Assembly: GCA_004022145.1 (NCBI GenBank)
Contig: RCNU01000026.1
Length of the DNA: 64,000 nucleotides
Origin: Paecilomyces variotii
Taxonomy: Eukaryota
Direction: 5' to 3' (one strand)
Position numbers and translations under genes: made by a program. Positions 14,123 through 27,226 of this stretch are shown piece by piece; positions within the stretch are counted from its first letter, which is position 1; each line of letters starts with the position of its first letter. A model generated the notes under the pieces. The model had not been told where the DNA came from, searched no databases, and worked only from the letters and a program-made list of their open reading frames with translations.

Positions 14123-15751
14123 ATGCGGCTTCATCCTCGCTCGATCCTCCTTTCGGCTGCACTGGCGTGGTCAGTGACAGCAGCCCCAACGGAACAGGTG
14201 GATGATAAGAGATCCATCGTCGAGCGAGATGGAATCACCTACCATGTGTTCGAGCATGCAGCAACAGGTGCGAAGATGGAGTTCGTCAAGAACTCGGGGA
14301 TCTGCGAAACCACCCCCGGAGTCAACCAATACTCCGGGTATCTGTCCGTAGGAACGGGAATGAATATGTGGTTCTGGTATGTTGTCCGAGGTTGGTCAAT
14401 CAACCTTATCTAATATATTCAGGTTCTTCGAGGCCCGAAATAATGCCAGTAACGCGCCTCTTGCAGCATGGTTCAACGGTGGCCCAGGTTGCTCTTCGAT
14501 GATCGGATTGTTCCAAGAGAATGGGCCGTGTCATTTCGTAAATGGAGAGGAAACGCCATCCCTCAACAATAACAGCTTCAACAACTTTGCAAATATGCTC
14601 TATATCGATCAACCGATTGGGGTCGGATTCTCCTACGGCGTAGACAACGCGACGAGCACGAAGACAGCAGCACCGTATGTTTGGAAGCTGCTTCAGGCAT
14701 TCTATGCTCAGTTCCCGGAGTATGAGAGCCGAGATTTCGCGATATTCACCGAGGTACCAATCCCGTGCTGAATCAAGAAAACCAGTGCTAACCAGCGCAG
14801 TCCTACGGTGGACACTACGGACCGGAATTTACCCATTATATACGGAAGCAGAACGACGCAATCAAGACAGGCATGGTGGATGGTGAAAACATCAACATTA
14901 TCGCTCTTGGGATCAACAACGGCTGGTTTGACAGTGCAATTCAAGAGAAGGCATACATTGACTACGCATACAATAACACGTACAGGCAATTGATCAATGC
15001 TACCCAGCGTAACTCGCTCCTTGACTTTTACGCCAATGATTGTCTGCCAGCAGTCGAGAAATGCACTCGGAATGGCTCCAACCAGGAGTGTGAAAATGCA
15101 AGTACTACGTGCGGCAGTGAAATCGAACAGCGCATCATTGACAGTGCAGACTTCGATGTCTACGACGTTCGGCAACCATCTAATGATCCTTATCCACCGG
15201 CGACGTACTCCAGTTATCTACAGAAGGCTGATGTGGTGAAAGCAATCGGCGCAAAGACCGCGTATCAGGAGTGTTCATATGCTGTATCCTCAGATTTCCA
15301 AGGAACAGGTGACGGTAAGTTCACGCACCATCGATGTTTCGCTATTTCTATGTGGCTGACAGCATGAGTAGTTTCTCGCACCTACCTAGACACACTTTCC
15401 GCTGTAGTGCAGTCTGGTATCAGAGTTCTGCTTTGGGCGGGTGATGCGGACTGGATATGTAACTACAAAGGAGTCCAGAAAGTGGCAGAAATGGTGGACT
15501 TCCCAGGTATAACCGAGTTTGGGAACGCGCAATTGCAGTCGTATACGGTTAATGGAGAGAAGAAAGGCGAGTTCAAGACCGTCGATAACTTTTCATATTT
15601 GAGAGTATATGGTGCTGGCCATGAAGTTCCATATTACCGTGAGTGGACTTCTAAGCATCTTTGGAGTGTTACTGATAAGGAAACAGAACCACAAACTGCG
15701 CTACAGGTCTTCGAGCAGACAGTTAAGAAAATGGCCATTTCATCTACTTAG
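14123..15751 (+). CDS. Secreted serine carboxypeptidase (S10, carboxypeptidase S1-like)
   Basis: Signal peptide; [34 protein letters not shown]; catalytic ESYGGHY (spliced), GDADWICN and GAGHEVP. Confidence 0.93.
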
Positions 15752-16693
15752 TTCCTTGGGCAACCTAATGGCTGGTTATCGCCACTGCTAACGAAAGGGT
15801 GGATGTGTTAATCGGCAGCGTGGGGGCCAAAAGAGCAGGAAAAACAAATATCGAAGTCCATCAAGTACACGTAGATCGCGCCTCGAATGAAGTCTATACT
15901 TAGCAAAGCTTTTCACCTAGTAGCTTAACGCTCTAGCCAATATGTATTCTTTTTTCTATTTTTCATAGCACTGTAATAATGTAATCTCCTGTCAGTTTAT
16001 GATGATGCCGATTGGAAATATTTCAAAGGGGTGATAAATAATACTACGCATGCTGGCCGACCAAACTCCGGCTCTATTGGCGATCGTCAGTGGGTCGACA
16101 GATAGACGCAACTCTTATCAACCTGTTTAACAACATAAGGGGCAATAATAATGACCAACTTTTGGCAAGAATGCAGTCCCATTTTTTGAGGTGGATGTCG
16201 TAATATCAAACATGGATGACCTAACAGTGTCTAAACTTACGGCTCTTGATACGCATTCTCTTCAGACATACACACAAAACACTCAATTATACACAGACGT
16301 TTTTTGAAGAATACCTACAGTATAGAGTAGCTAAGAGCCAAATAGGGCTCAGAGCCTCAGGATACCGCCATGTGCACAGGTAAAGTTCCCAGAGCATGTT
16401 CCTGTCGATCTGGCAGATGAACACGCTTGGACCATGATGGATGATGCGGAAGAACTTCCTCCTAGCCAACAGTTCATATGGATCTTCAATGCCAGTCTCA
16501 CCTAGCGTGTGGGCCCGGACTAACGCTGCTCACGCGGGAATTTCTGACCGTCATGTTTCAGGGGAAAGATATCGATAAGGCCCCAGAAATTGTCTGAAAA
16601 TGATGTATATCGGGCGATTAAAAAAACGGTTCGTGCTCCCTGTTTTCCTGTCTCCTTTGTCTGGATATTTACTTCACAAATTCAAGTACTCAC

Positions 16694-18208
16694 ATGACAA
16701 TGGAGGTAAAGAAACATCTTGTTCGTCCCGATGCTCCTTTCGAGGCCACTTGCCCGCTGTCTCCGGCCGATGTGCAAATCCCGCTTCGATATATTCGGAA
16801 AGTTTTTGTTTACTCGCTCGACCAGTCGGACGAGGGCTTCAATTCAGCAGAAGCGATAGATAACTTAGCTTCCCGCCTCGAAGACAGTCTCAAAACATTT
16901 CTTAGGCCACTTAGCGAAGACGTCTTTGCATTTCCCCAGCTGCTCGGCCGAGTAGTCGAGCCAGAAAACGCACATCCTTATGTTCTCGTTGATAAATCGT
17001 CAGCAATACGTTTTACTGTCGTTTCGAGACAAGATATCTCATTCGAGGACTTGCAACCGGAGAAGAGATTCCCTGACCATGCATGGTGGATCGACTATTT
17101 CGCAACGGGCCTCAATCTCAGTGAGATGGGAAAGGCCCCCAATGCGCCGGAAAGCTTCGTCGTCCAACTGACATCAATTCGAGGGGGTATCGTTCTCACT
17201 GCACAAGTAAGCCATCGAATCACCGATGGCTATGGGTTTGCTGGTTTCATTCGTCGCTGGTTCTCGAGAGCACGAGCAGCTTCGGGAATCCAAATACACG
17301 AGCAAGATCTTGACAAGTCACTGGCACTCGCTATTCATGATAGAGGTCGATTAACCTGGGACATAGACATGGCCAAGGCGGGAACAGCCATGGCTTCTGT
17401 AAAGAAATGGGAAGCTCACTATGCGGAATCGGCGAATGCAACGGCGGGAAATTCACTTATAGGGACTGACAATGTTGAAACCAAGATATTCTGGATGAGC
17501 AACGAGAAGATCGAGGAACTGCGAAAGCTGATAGGGGAGTATACGACCTCACAGCCGACGGCGTTCGAGGCCATTGTTGCTTTCGCTTGGCGATGTCTTT
17601 CCCGTGTGCGCAGCGAGTCAAATGCCCATAGTCTCACAAAGACGAGGAGCAACATTAGTGCAAGCATGTTCGGCGTTGATTCCCGACGCCGCTTGAACCC
17701 TCAACTACCAGTTGAATACTTCGGAAATGCGACAGCGCTTATAGTTGCTCGACTTCCTGTTTCGATACTGTCATCTGCACAGCCCTCGGCGATCCACAGC
17801 GTCATCGCAGAGGTCCAAAATACCCTGCGGAATGATACCACTGATCCAAACTTGAGACAGGTTATCCAGCATGTCGCTGAGAATCTCAAATTGGGTAAAA
17901 ACATCCCCCTCGATCTTCCTGGCAACGACTTTATTTTCAACTCCTGGGAGCACCTTTATTCCAGCGCGGATGAACTGGATCTTGGGATCGGAACATTCCG
18001 TGCTGTTCGGTACTTGATGGACGCTCCTATAACTCCATCGTATCTTTTAATCCTGCCGTCTTTCGGGCAAAGGAAGCGAACGCCAAGAACACGTCATTAT
18101 TCCGCCCGTTATGCAGGAGGGTTGGAATTGAAGTTGAATCTCCCGCGTTATCAAATGGAAAAGCTGGAGAACTCCCAGGAATGGACTCATTACGTATGTG
18201 GTTATTAG
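16694..18208 (+). CDS. CoA-dependent O-acyltransferase (transferase/BAHD, Tri101-like)
   Basis: Intronless 504-aa ORF; HXXXD motif HRITDG; FPQLLGRV; VDSRRRLNPQLPVEYFGNA; DFGWG-like DLGIG..AVR. Confidence 0.85.
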   Translation: MTMEVKKHLVRPDAPFEATCPLSPADVQIPLRYIRKVFVYSLDQSDEGFNSAEAIDNLASRLEDSLKTFLRPLSEDVFAFPQLLGRVVEPENAHPYVLVDKSSAIRFTVVSRQDISFEDLQPEKRFPDHAWWIDYFATGLNLSEMGKAPNAPESFVVQLTSIRGGIVLTAQVSHRITDGYGFAGFIRRWFSRARAASGIQIHEQDLDKSLALAIHDRGRLTWDIDMAKAGTAMASVKKWEAHYAESANATAGNSLIGTDNVETKIFWMSNEKIEELRKLIGEYTTSQPTAFEAIVAFAWRCLSRVRSESNAHSLTKTRSNISASMFGVDSRRRLNPQLPVEYFGNATALIVARLPVSILSSAQPSAIHSVIAEVQNTLRNDTTDPNLRQVIQHVAENLKLGKNIPLDLPGNDFIFNSWEHLYSSADELDLGIGTFRAVRYLMDAPITPSYLLILPSFGQRKRTPRTRHYSARYAGGLELKLNLPRYQMEKLENSQEWTHYVCGY

Positions 18209-19524
18209 GCTTGCAGGTTTGGTGAGATGAGCAGGTAGGAAACATCTTCTGGCCTACTTGCACGGCAAGGGCTGGTCATCCTGGAGGGTGTCTATCTCGC
18301 GTCTATCCCACACTTGTTCGGAGAATGAATCCGTAAAGCAGACTACCAAACTACCCATACATGCTGATTGAGCTCATCATGCAAGCATCGACCAACAGGC
18401 TCTATTGCCGATCAGCAAAACATCGTGCCTAATACGTTGGAATGTGGACTGGAGAATGGCTTCCTTATCTACCAATAAGGTCCGCTATTCTGACGAGGTT
18501 GGATTGTTCGTTCTATGGCGCTTATAAAGACCAGCACCTCTCTTGAGCTTTTTACGAGCCCATATGCCTGTCTGATCTTCATTCATTGCCCCACAGCGGA
18601 TCTGGAAATCGGAGAAAGCATGGAGATCTTGGAGGGAGACTTACTACACAACTGGGTATCTATGTCGTCGGCTATTCGTGTATTTTCTTAGAACCATATA
18701 CTCTATCTAGGAAAGAAACGGTCCTCACCCTGCTTAGAAAATCGTCATACACGCCCGCGAGTCGCGAGTAGGCCTTTCTTTCTCATTTTCTGGCTACATT
18801 TAGTATCGGGATTCATGGTGTTGAACTGTCAACACAGACGCATCCGGTGCGCTCGATATGATTGGCTCATTTTGTTCTTCGCTTTATATGATTGGAGCGC
18901 ATGTTTATTCGATACTATCCGATACCACAGAGACGACGCACATATTGTAGCCGTGCTGCATTCATGCTCTGCTAGGACAATGCGCCAACATGGAGTAAAG
19001 CCGGTTTTCTCGGTTATTGGCCCCTGCTGCTTCCAGAGAACAACTTGCTGCCACGGTTCAATAATGACTTCTGTTTTTGATCCGCGGCACGGGCGGAGTC
19101 GAAATGCGCCAACATTAAATAATTTATATCGGTGGCATATGAATAATGGTACGTCAGAGAATGCCCCAGTCCCATTTGAGAAAACACCTTGTTAGAGCCT
19201 TTCACTGCGGCAACCGTTCATAGATATCGAAGTTGTATCAAGTTCTGATCTGACTTACTACGTTGGGGTGTGACGTTGTGAAGGAAAATAGTTAAAGTGC
19301 AAAGACACTTTCACAGGTCCTTGCCGACGGTAATTTCCATTTGCTTGCTTGTCAGGCCCGATGCAGGGGTTCTTCTGTGTGTTAAACAGTAATGATATGA
19401 AATTGTGGAGACTGGGTCTGCATGATCTCATCGAGCAATTGTTATATAATTCATGGAGCTTATCCTTTGCGCGAATCTGACCGCACCTCCCTGCGATGAT
19501 ATTGACTGCCTATCTCCAGCAGTA

Positions 19525-20424
19525 ATGCAACAATCGTCCCAAAAGGTAGCGATACCAAGGCTTCAGTGGACATCGCTGGAATCCTCTGAACCGCGAAGGG
19601 TGGTACGCAGACGTGCCGCAAAAGCCTGTCAGCCCTGTCGTTCCCGCAAAGCCAAATGCGACGAGGCTACTCCGATCTGTGGACATTGTCGAGACTTGAG
19701 ACTGGATTGCCGCTATGAAAGCGGCAAGAGAGAGAAGCAAAAAAGGTCCGTGAACACGACTAATGATTCAAGAAGATTGACTAACTTGGCCAAAAGACAA
19801 TTCGAGGTCCTCTGTGAGAAAGTAAGAGTATATGAAAAGCTCCTCCATGATCTCAGCTTAAGTGCAGACTATGCAAGTCGTCTGCGTATCGAAACCGTCC
19901 TCGCAAAGGTTAGTCCAGCATGACTGCAGCATGCTTCTCTTTCTCAGTGGCTGATACCCCAACACATTTTTGGTCTATAGTTCTGCGATCTAGAAACAAT
20001 CGATTCCCTAGTGGAGCCGAGACCTACCTCGACGCCCTCGGATAGACGGGGTCCGGGAATGAGTGCAGCGTCACCATATATGGTGAGAAGTGCCAGAAAT
20101 GATATTCTCACATCTGAGAGTTCAATATCCTGTCCTATGAGCTCCATCAGCCCAGGCCAGACATACGAAAAATCCAAGTCAGGCGGCATGCTAGCATGGG
20201 GAAATTCAAAGCAAAATTTCAGCCTGAGCGGTGTTTGTGGATATGACGCACCTCTGTCGAAGCAATGGATGACTGGGCTTCCTATTACCGGGTTCCCTCT
20301 CATCGATCACTTCACAATGAACGATGGCGGCCAGCAAACTCGCCACTGCCCAGCCGAAAGTGTGTTGCCCTGGCTTGGGGCTATCGGTTTTCCGAGCCCG
20401 TTAGCACAACGTCAGACCGGATAA
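19525..20424 (+). CDS. Short Zn(II)2Cys6 protein (DNA-binding domain plus coiled coil, no fungal_trans domain); may be a truncated gene
   Basis: KVAIPRL..RAAKACQPCRSRKAKCDEATPICGHCRDLRLDCRY. Introns 19746-19796 and about 19909-19980, then a Ser/Pro-rich exon ending at TAA 20424. An upstream in-frame ATG lies at 19453. Confidence 0.7.
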
Positions 20425-21773
20425 CGGAGGGATCACTGATAGCAGGAGTATCGGGAGCGATATATCATGATCGTCTGTCCATTGTAATTTCCTTCTTTTG
20501 CTGCGGCGTTCTTCGGAGGGAGCCCTCGACATTGTTGTGCGCTGTTTGATGGAATGGAGTGTACGTACGTGAGGCTATATCAGAAGAGGGCAAGTGCTCC
20601 CAATTCCATAGCGGTTCCGCACAGGGCACATATGCTTGCTAGTGGCCGAGTCAGGAAAGTTGACTATTGATGATCGCCAGGAAATGAAGACAAAAAAGCT
20701 TGATTCAGTCCAGTTAGAGTCTCGATTCGACGACTTCACCCGGAAGGGTACTGCTGTAACCACGTTGTGTCTTGAGGATCTGAATAGGGCCTACGCTCCT
20801 TGGCAGTGTAACCTTCGACAGAGATATATCTCAAACGCCGAGCTATGCCTTACGGTTAACGAGGGAATAATCACGTTGGTTAAATCGGCTTTTCTGGAGA
20901 ATCAGTCACCTTGGTCACCCGCCAAGCAGGTTTGAGCTCCACAGGGAAGAAACCACTACATGCGATACCGGGAAGGTTCCAGCGTTAGAAGGGCATCTAG
21001 CATGACGGCAACCTATACAACTCAGCTGATTCAATAGTTCTCATTAGCTACAAATATTTGCGTGGCAGATTCTGCTCAGGGGCAGGTATCCTGTCCCACG
21101 GATTGATGGTACCCGCACAATTCCCCCAAGATGACTCTGGAGCTACGGAAGAGTCTCGGGAAGTGAACTAGGTTTGAAGAGTTCGCACCATTGTTGGACG
21201 GAGCTAGAAGTGGCGTCTCTTCAGCTAGTTTCCAGTCTTTATGCCCAAAGAGCGAGGCCTCCTGCTTCTACTCGATAGCGGCAGCAGAGAATGGCCACGC
21301 GCAAAAAAATTCATAGATGGAATTGTCTAAGCAACGGGGCAAACGAGATCTATATTAAGGACGGGAAGAGGCTTTTCTGTCATTTAACAGCTCGCGCCTG
21401 ATGGAAGTTTGATTGGGTTTCGCACTGGGTACACTCATTTCTAACGGTGAACGTGCTGCCCGCCTCTTATTATCGGTCCTCCTTGATGGGTTTATTTTCT
21501 GTGACAGTCCAAATCTCTCCATATATTAGTAAATTGGCATGGGATGCATGTTATGTAAATATCAATTGCTATTGTCATCTCATTATTTTTTATTCTGTAG
21601 TTGTAGAAGACTTCAGTGTATTATGGGAAGTATTTCGTTCACGCTCCAAGGGGACATTTATTGATTCGCTATACTGTACATTATTTCAAATGAAAGGGCA
21701 GTATCTTGATTCACAAGATCTGTTTTGGAGGTCTACTTACCCCTAAGCACACCAAGTATGGTCGTTGTCTTGT

Positions 21774-23184
21774 TCACATCTTCGGAGCCCCCGATAAATT
21801 TTCAACCTTAGTAGTTAGCTCTGTTGTTCGCACGATACAACCGTCCCAAGGGTTGGTGGGCTGTTGGTGGGATTCAGGTTCAACAATGCGATCTTGGCTG
21901 CCATGCTCTGAATTTCGGCTACCAGAGCCGTTGGAGGTCTCCACGTTGTCTGTAGAATTATCCAACGCAGTGATGTTCGTCGTAAGTTCATAACCCTTGG
22001 TATCATCCCGACTAATGCCTGGGTTCGGTTCAGTCCGTGCGGCAGAGAGTTTGTTGAAGCCTCCTTTGCTATTGCTACTCCGGTGGAAGAAGCCACTATG
22101 ACTGTCGTTCCGCTTCCCATATCGATACGAGGAGTCCAAAAGCAACTTGGGAAGGAATGTCACTACCACCACCTTCATTGAAGGTATCGAGGCCGCAAGG
22201 ATGCCGATATTAGTTTCAATTACCGACCAGTACATGGCATTTGAGATCACGTAGGTCGAGTCAGGAGAGGAGAGCATGCGCGGAATATAGGTGATTCGAA
22301 TTATCGAGGAGACACACGCCAAAAGACCAAGACAGAGCATGACTCCCACGGCAATCTTCTGCTTCCGAGGCATCTGCAGCTTTCGAACAGTATTCCAGGG
22401 TAAGCAATAGGTAAGCAGATCGGTTGTGATGTTTGTAGCCGCATTGGCGAGGTAGAAGGCGTTGATGTTGACACACGTTTTCTTGGTGATTGCGGTATCC
22501 CATGCTGCTGGAATCGGGTTGCACTGGAAGATGCACACGAGGACATTCGCTGTAGCTTGAGAACCGACAACCGCAATCATAATGTATGACATCGTCGTAA
22601 GGGTTGAGTCTCCCAGTCGGGAATACAGCGATAGGACAGACGTCTTAATGAAACCCAAGGTGGCATTGTAGAAGATCGAAGAAACCCAGACGACCTAAAG
22701 TCAAGATGTTAGACGCGAGGCCGTACAAATAGATAAAAGAAACACACCTTTGCGTACTTTGTGATTGTTCCCATCTCCAAAACGACATCAATATGGTTCC
22801 CCAGACCGTAATGGACAGCTAGTCTGTGTAAGCCGCGACGTCCCTGGACTAAAGATCGGATCTATCTTACCAAGAACAGTTGCAATTATAAAGCCCCATG
22901 ACAAGAACTAATAACATGTTAGGCAAGGTTTGCGACAGTCCAGCGTAGGGAATCATACACTCGCAATCACTATCAAAACTGTACTTGATGTCAGTATTAT
23001 TCCCTAAAAGTTTCATGAAGGTTGGGTATAACGAACCATCATCCGCTCCAACTGCTCGAACAAGTGCTATACGGCCGTACAACCGGATAGTTATGACACA
23101 GATGGTGATCACTCCGAAGACAATGGCCACTGTATTTACCGTATGCCCCACGGGAGAACCACTTGATGTACTGGACGTCGCCAT
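21774..23184 (-). CDS. PTH11-like integral membrane protein (fungal rhodopsin domain, no CFEM)
   Basis: RLYGR..GADD; HYGLGNHI; FQCNPIPAAWD..C; NITTDLL..LP; LQMPRKQKI; WSVIETNIGILAASIP. Five exons, including short ones, splice in frame. Confidence 0.9.
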
Positions 23185-24591
23185 GTTGCTGGGACCCAGT
23201 CCCCTGCAAATATGAACTTGGGAAAGGAAGAATCTTTGGAAAAGCAGGAACAAAAGAGACAGCTGCAAACCACCGAAATCCTAACCGACTCAGGAGATTC
23301 AACGGCATATAACTAGCACATCACCCCTAGTATATAATCGCCTCATGTGAAGAGAACTTAAGGTTAGTCCCCTGATTCATGACTATATGTATTATGCCAA
23401 GTCTGTTACATCTTAAAAAGCCGTATACATATAAGGTTTCTGGCCATTTTTCTTTTTTTCTTCCCCTAGACCCTTTGATATCTCTGCCTTCTGACTTACC
23501 GCAGAGGCAAGCCATCCTTCAGGTCAATCCGGGTCTCTCCGTCTGGTCTATGAAGACGACGATCCTACCTATTATCGAGTATGCCGCGGGCCGAAGACGG
23601 TACCAAGCCGGGGGATACTGGGACACTGGCACGCGACAAGGGTTCCATAGGAAGTCTCGTATTTGCATGGATAATTAGAAGACAGAATTGTTCCTGGCGT
23701 CTTGCACGGGACAGACAACATGGTCGGGCTGTGACGCCCCTGCTTCCGCGGACCGCAGTCGTTGAACTAGAACTAGCACGATATACCTAAACCCCACCAG
23801 TTTCCACTATGCTCCGCTAATCAATTGACTGCATCGATCGGGATCGGGACCAGGTGCAAAGAGCGCTTCATGGCACCCCCGTCGTCGGTGGGGATCCGTG
23901 AATCTTGATAGTTTGACGGCGCAAATGATAATAATGAATTGGTCCCTGAATAAAGTTCCATCGGGCTGGGCCGCTGACAGTTAGCCTAGGTAGAGCTACC
24001 AAAGCAACCTGTAACACTTGGACAGAGCTAAAGCGCAGGGAAGTCAAGAGGGTTCTAACTTCTCGCAATCATCAGCAGGTAATCTTCAGCTTCCAGGGTC
24101 TTTAGGGTTCTGATACATAATTATTCGAGCATTACTCCGTGGTCTGTGTGGCGCCCTATCTGCAACTTGTTCGTCAGCCAGAAAGGGCACAGTGACGGCG
24201 CTCCTCTGCGGCGTCTTGTCTCGCTTCTTGTACATACTTATGCAGAATGCTGCGCCGCAGCCGGTGGTCCGCGACACTAGAAGCGCAGATCGGCTTCAGG
24301 TCTTTCCCGCGATAGACTAGATACAAGCACCGAACACGAGCCAACGGTTGCAAATCCTTGCTTGTTTCCTTTTGGTATAGACACGCTCGGAACTTCTCCG
24401 GATCCTCGGACGAAAGACAGTTGTGTACGGAGTAGTAGTAAATAATTAATAAAATCAGTTTTGTTTGTCATGTGGTCGTTTGGATTGAGTCATTGACTAA
24501 CCTAACTGCCCTTAAGTTAATCCCGGTGATTCCTTCACCAACTGACAATCCTGACAAGCAAGCTCCTAAAACTCTGTCCACTGTTTCAATA

Positions 24592-24956
24592 ATGCCTCTG
24601 CCACCAGTAAGTATAGACTAAATCCCTCTTGTTTTGGTCGGTCGCCTAAGGATTGCCAGTTTACCGTTCCCCCTGGCTGGACCTCGAACCCATCAAGTCC
24701 TTATTATCTGGAAGAGTGGATAGGCGCCGACTCCGAAGGTCAACTGATTGCTCGAGCCTATGGTCTCCAGCCAGGACAGCCAGTTATGGAGGATAATAAC
24801 GGGTGGCACACAATTTTCCTGTCTGGCAATAAGTTCTATCTTTGGGGGCGGATGGGCGACGAAGTCGAAGAATTTGTGTCTCAAGATATCCACGAGATCG
24901 CTTCTTCAATTTCCCGGTCGGGGCTTCGAGAGCTAGCCAGGAAGCCTGTTGATTAA
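24592..24956 (+). CDS. Small 103-aa protein of unknown function, 2 exons (absent from the ORF track)
   Basis: ATG CCT CTG CCA CCA|gtaagt..cctaag..cag (intron 24607-24659), then a 297-nt open exon: FTVPPGWTSNPSSPYYLEEWIG..IFLSGNKFYLWGRMGDEVEEFVSQDIHEIASSISRSGLRELARKPVD*. Confidence 0.7.
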
Positions 24957-25495
24957 CTTCTGTCTAGACTATACGACTCAGAAGGGTGAAAGCAGTTAAA
25001 AGTTGAAGCGGCGATGAAGGCGTTTTTATAGAAACACGCACGACGATAGTAATGTGCCGATAGGAATAATAATAATAGACACGCTAAACTCCGCGTAAGT
25101 GATTCACCGTCCCGGAAGACTACGGGGATCGGCTACTACTAGTCGCTGCTATCACGACATTACTACTTGGCTGCGTCTGGACCTTCTGAGGGTTGTAGCG
25201 GCAGTATGGCTACTCTGTACGGAATGGTAATCATAATCATAATAATAATAATACACTAACTATGCCCCAGACGACTGCCGTCCATTTGGCCTGTCCTGCC
25301 AAGCCATTTGAGAGGACGCCATTATTAATGTTTCCTCTGTTTATCGTGTGGTGTGCCTACCATTCGTGCTAACTGAACACAGCGGCAGTCAGGAGCCTCG
25401 TACTGGCTGTGATTTAGCCTCCGCAGTGATTCGGAGGGCACGTAAAACTGAAAAGACAGCATATGCTGTAACCGCTGATACTGCAGCACTTGATC

Positions 25496-27226
25496 ATGGC
25501 GATGGAGGGTTCCAGCGCACTTTCTCTCATCACACCGGGCAAGATTGTCCTCCTGGTGCTGGGCTACTATGTTCTTCGATTCTTATGGCAAATTATTTAT
25601 TATCGGCTATTTCATCCCCTTTCCAAGTTTCCTGGTCCATTTTGGGCGTCAGTGACGCGCCTGTGGATTGCATACTACAACCTGAGAGGAGATGAGTATC
25701 GCGTGGTTTACGGCCTGCACAAAAAATATGGTATGTATCAATGCGCATGAAGAAACTCTCACACAGTCCATTAGCCGTATCTGATAATGTCCAGGGCCTG
25801 TCGTTCGAATCACCCCGACGTTACTCATCGTGAGCGATGCCACGAAACTCCCTGAGATCTATGACCGGTATGCCGACAAGACAGCCCATTATATCACCGG
25901 CAGTTTTGGAAAGACCGAATCGTTATTCAACATGCGGGATCACAAGAAGCATGCGTTTTACAGGAAGCTCGCTGCTGGCCCTTATAGCTTCACCAATGTC
26001 AAGAAAATGGAGCCACTGTTTGATCTCCGCATCAGTCATTGGATCTCCAAGATGGAGGAGAAATTCGCAAACACCGGCCAGAAGTTCGACTTTGCGCCTT
26101 GGGCGGTCTATATGGCCTACGATATTATCTCTGAGGTGGGTTTTGGTGCACCATTTGGTTTCACTGAAAAAGGAGAGGACGTCGGTGGTCTCATACAAGG
26201 TTTCCATGACGGTCTTCCTGCCTTCGGGCTCATGGCTCGGCTGCATCCGTTTACTACATGGATCAAGACCACCTGGGTTGGAGACAAATATTTGGTTGCG
26301 AGTCCTGAGCAGGAATCGGGCATTGGTACCTTGATGCGCTTTCGCGACAGACTTCTCAAAGAGCGAATCGAAGATATGGAATCCGGCAAGACTATGTCGA
26401 GAACCGATTTGCTACAGACGTATGTCTATCAGATCCTGTTGAGACGAGTACTGAATCGCTAACCGGATTGTGCAGTTTCCTGGATGCTCGCATGGAGGAT
26501 GGTAAACCGCTTGACATGGACTACATTAAGGCCGAGATTCTCCTGGTTCTCCTGGCAGGTGCAGACACGACGGGAACTGCCTTCCAGGGCATGATGACTC
26601 TGATCTTCAACAACCCAGATGTATACGACAAACTCTTGGCAGAGATTGACAGCGCCACAAGGGCCGGCCATTTGTCGGAGATTCCACAGTATGAAGAAGT
26701 GATCGCTCATTGCCCGTACTACATTGCCGTGGTCAAGGAGGCCATGCGGCTCTGGCCATCTGCTCCTAACATTTTCCCTCGCACGGTTGGCGAGCGTGGT
26801 CTGACTCTAGCCGGTAAATTCGTGCCTCCTGGTACCGAGGTGACCTGCAACCCGTGGATTGTCCACCGTGATCGGAACATATACGGAGAAGATGCGGAGG
26901 AGTTTCACCCGGAGCGGTGGCTCGATCCTGTCAAGGCCAAGGAATTCAACAAGTATAACATGGGTTTTGGCTATGGGGCGCGGGTCTGCCTGGGCCGCGA
27001 TATTGCTCTGATGGAGATGTACAAGGGCCCCCTGCAGGTAATGATTCGTCCCCACTCTAGCCATCTGATCGGTTACACACTAACAGGGTTCTATAACTAG
27101 TTCTTTCGCAAATTCCGTTTGGAAGTGTTGAATAAGGAGAAGTCGGCGGAGTTTGTTGTCAAGGGTGGTGTTGGGTTTTGGAAAGATCTTTGGGTTCGGA
27201 TCGAGAAACGGGCCCCTGTTGTTTAG
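25496..27226 (+). CDS. Cytochrome P450, 4 exons
   Basis: TM anchor plus FHPLSKFPGP; HKKYGPVVRITP; AGADTT; EAMR; PERW; FGYGARVCLG. Last exon FFRKFRLEV..KRAPVV*. Confidence 0.93.

Noticed and set aside
20425-21300. Possible continuation of the short Zn2Cys6 gene (ORF 20636-20935)
   Set aside because: No fungal_trans motifs found and no splice path linking it.
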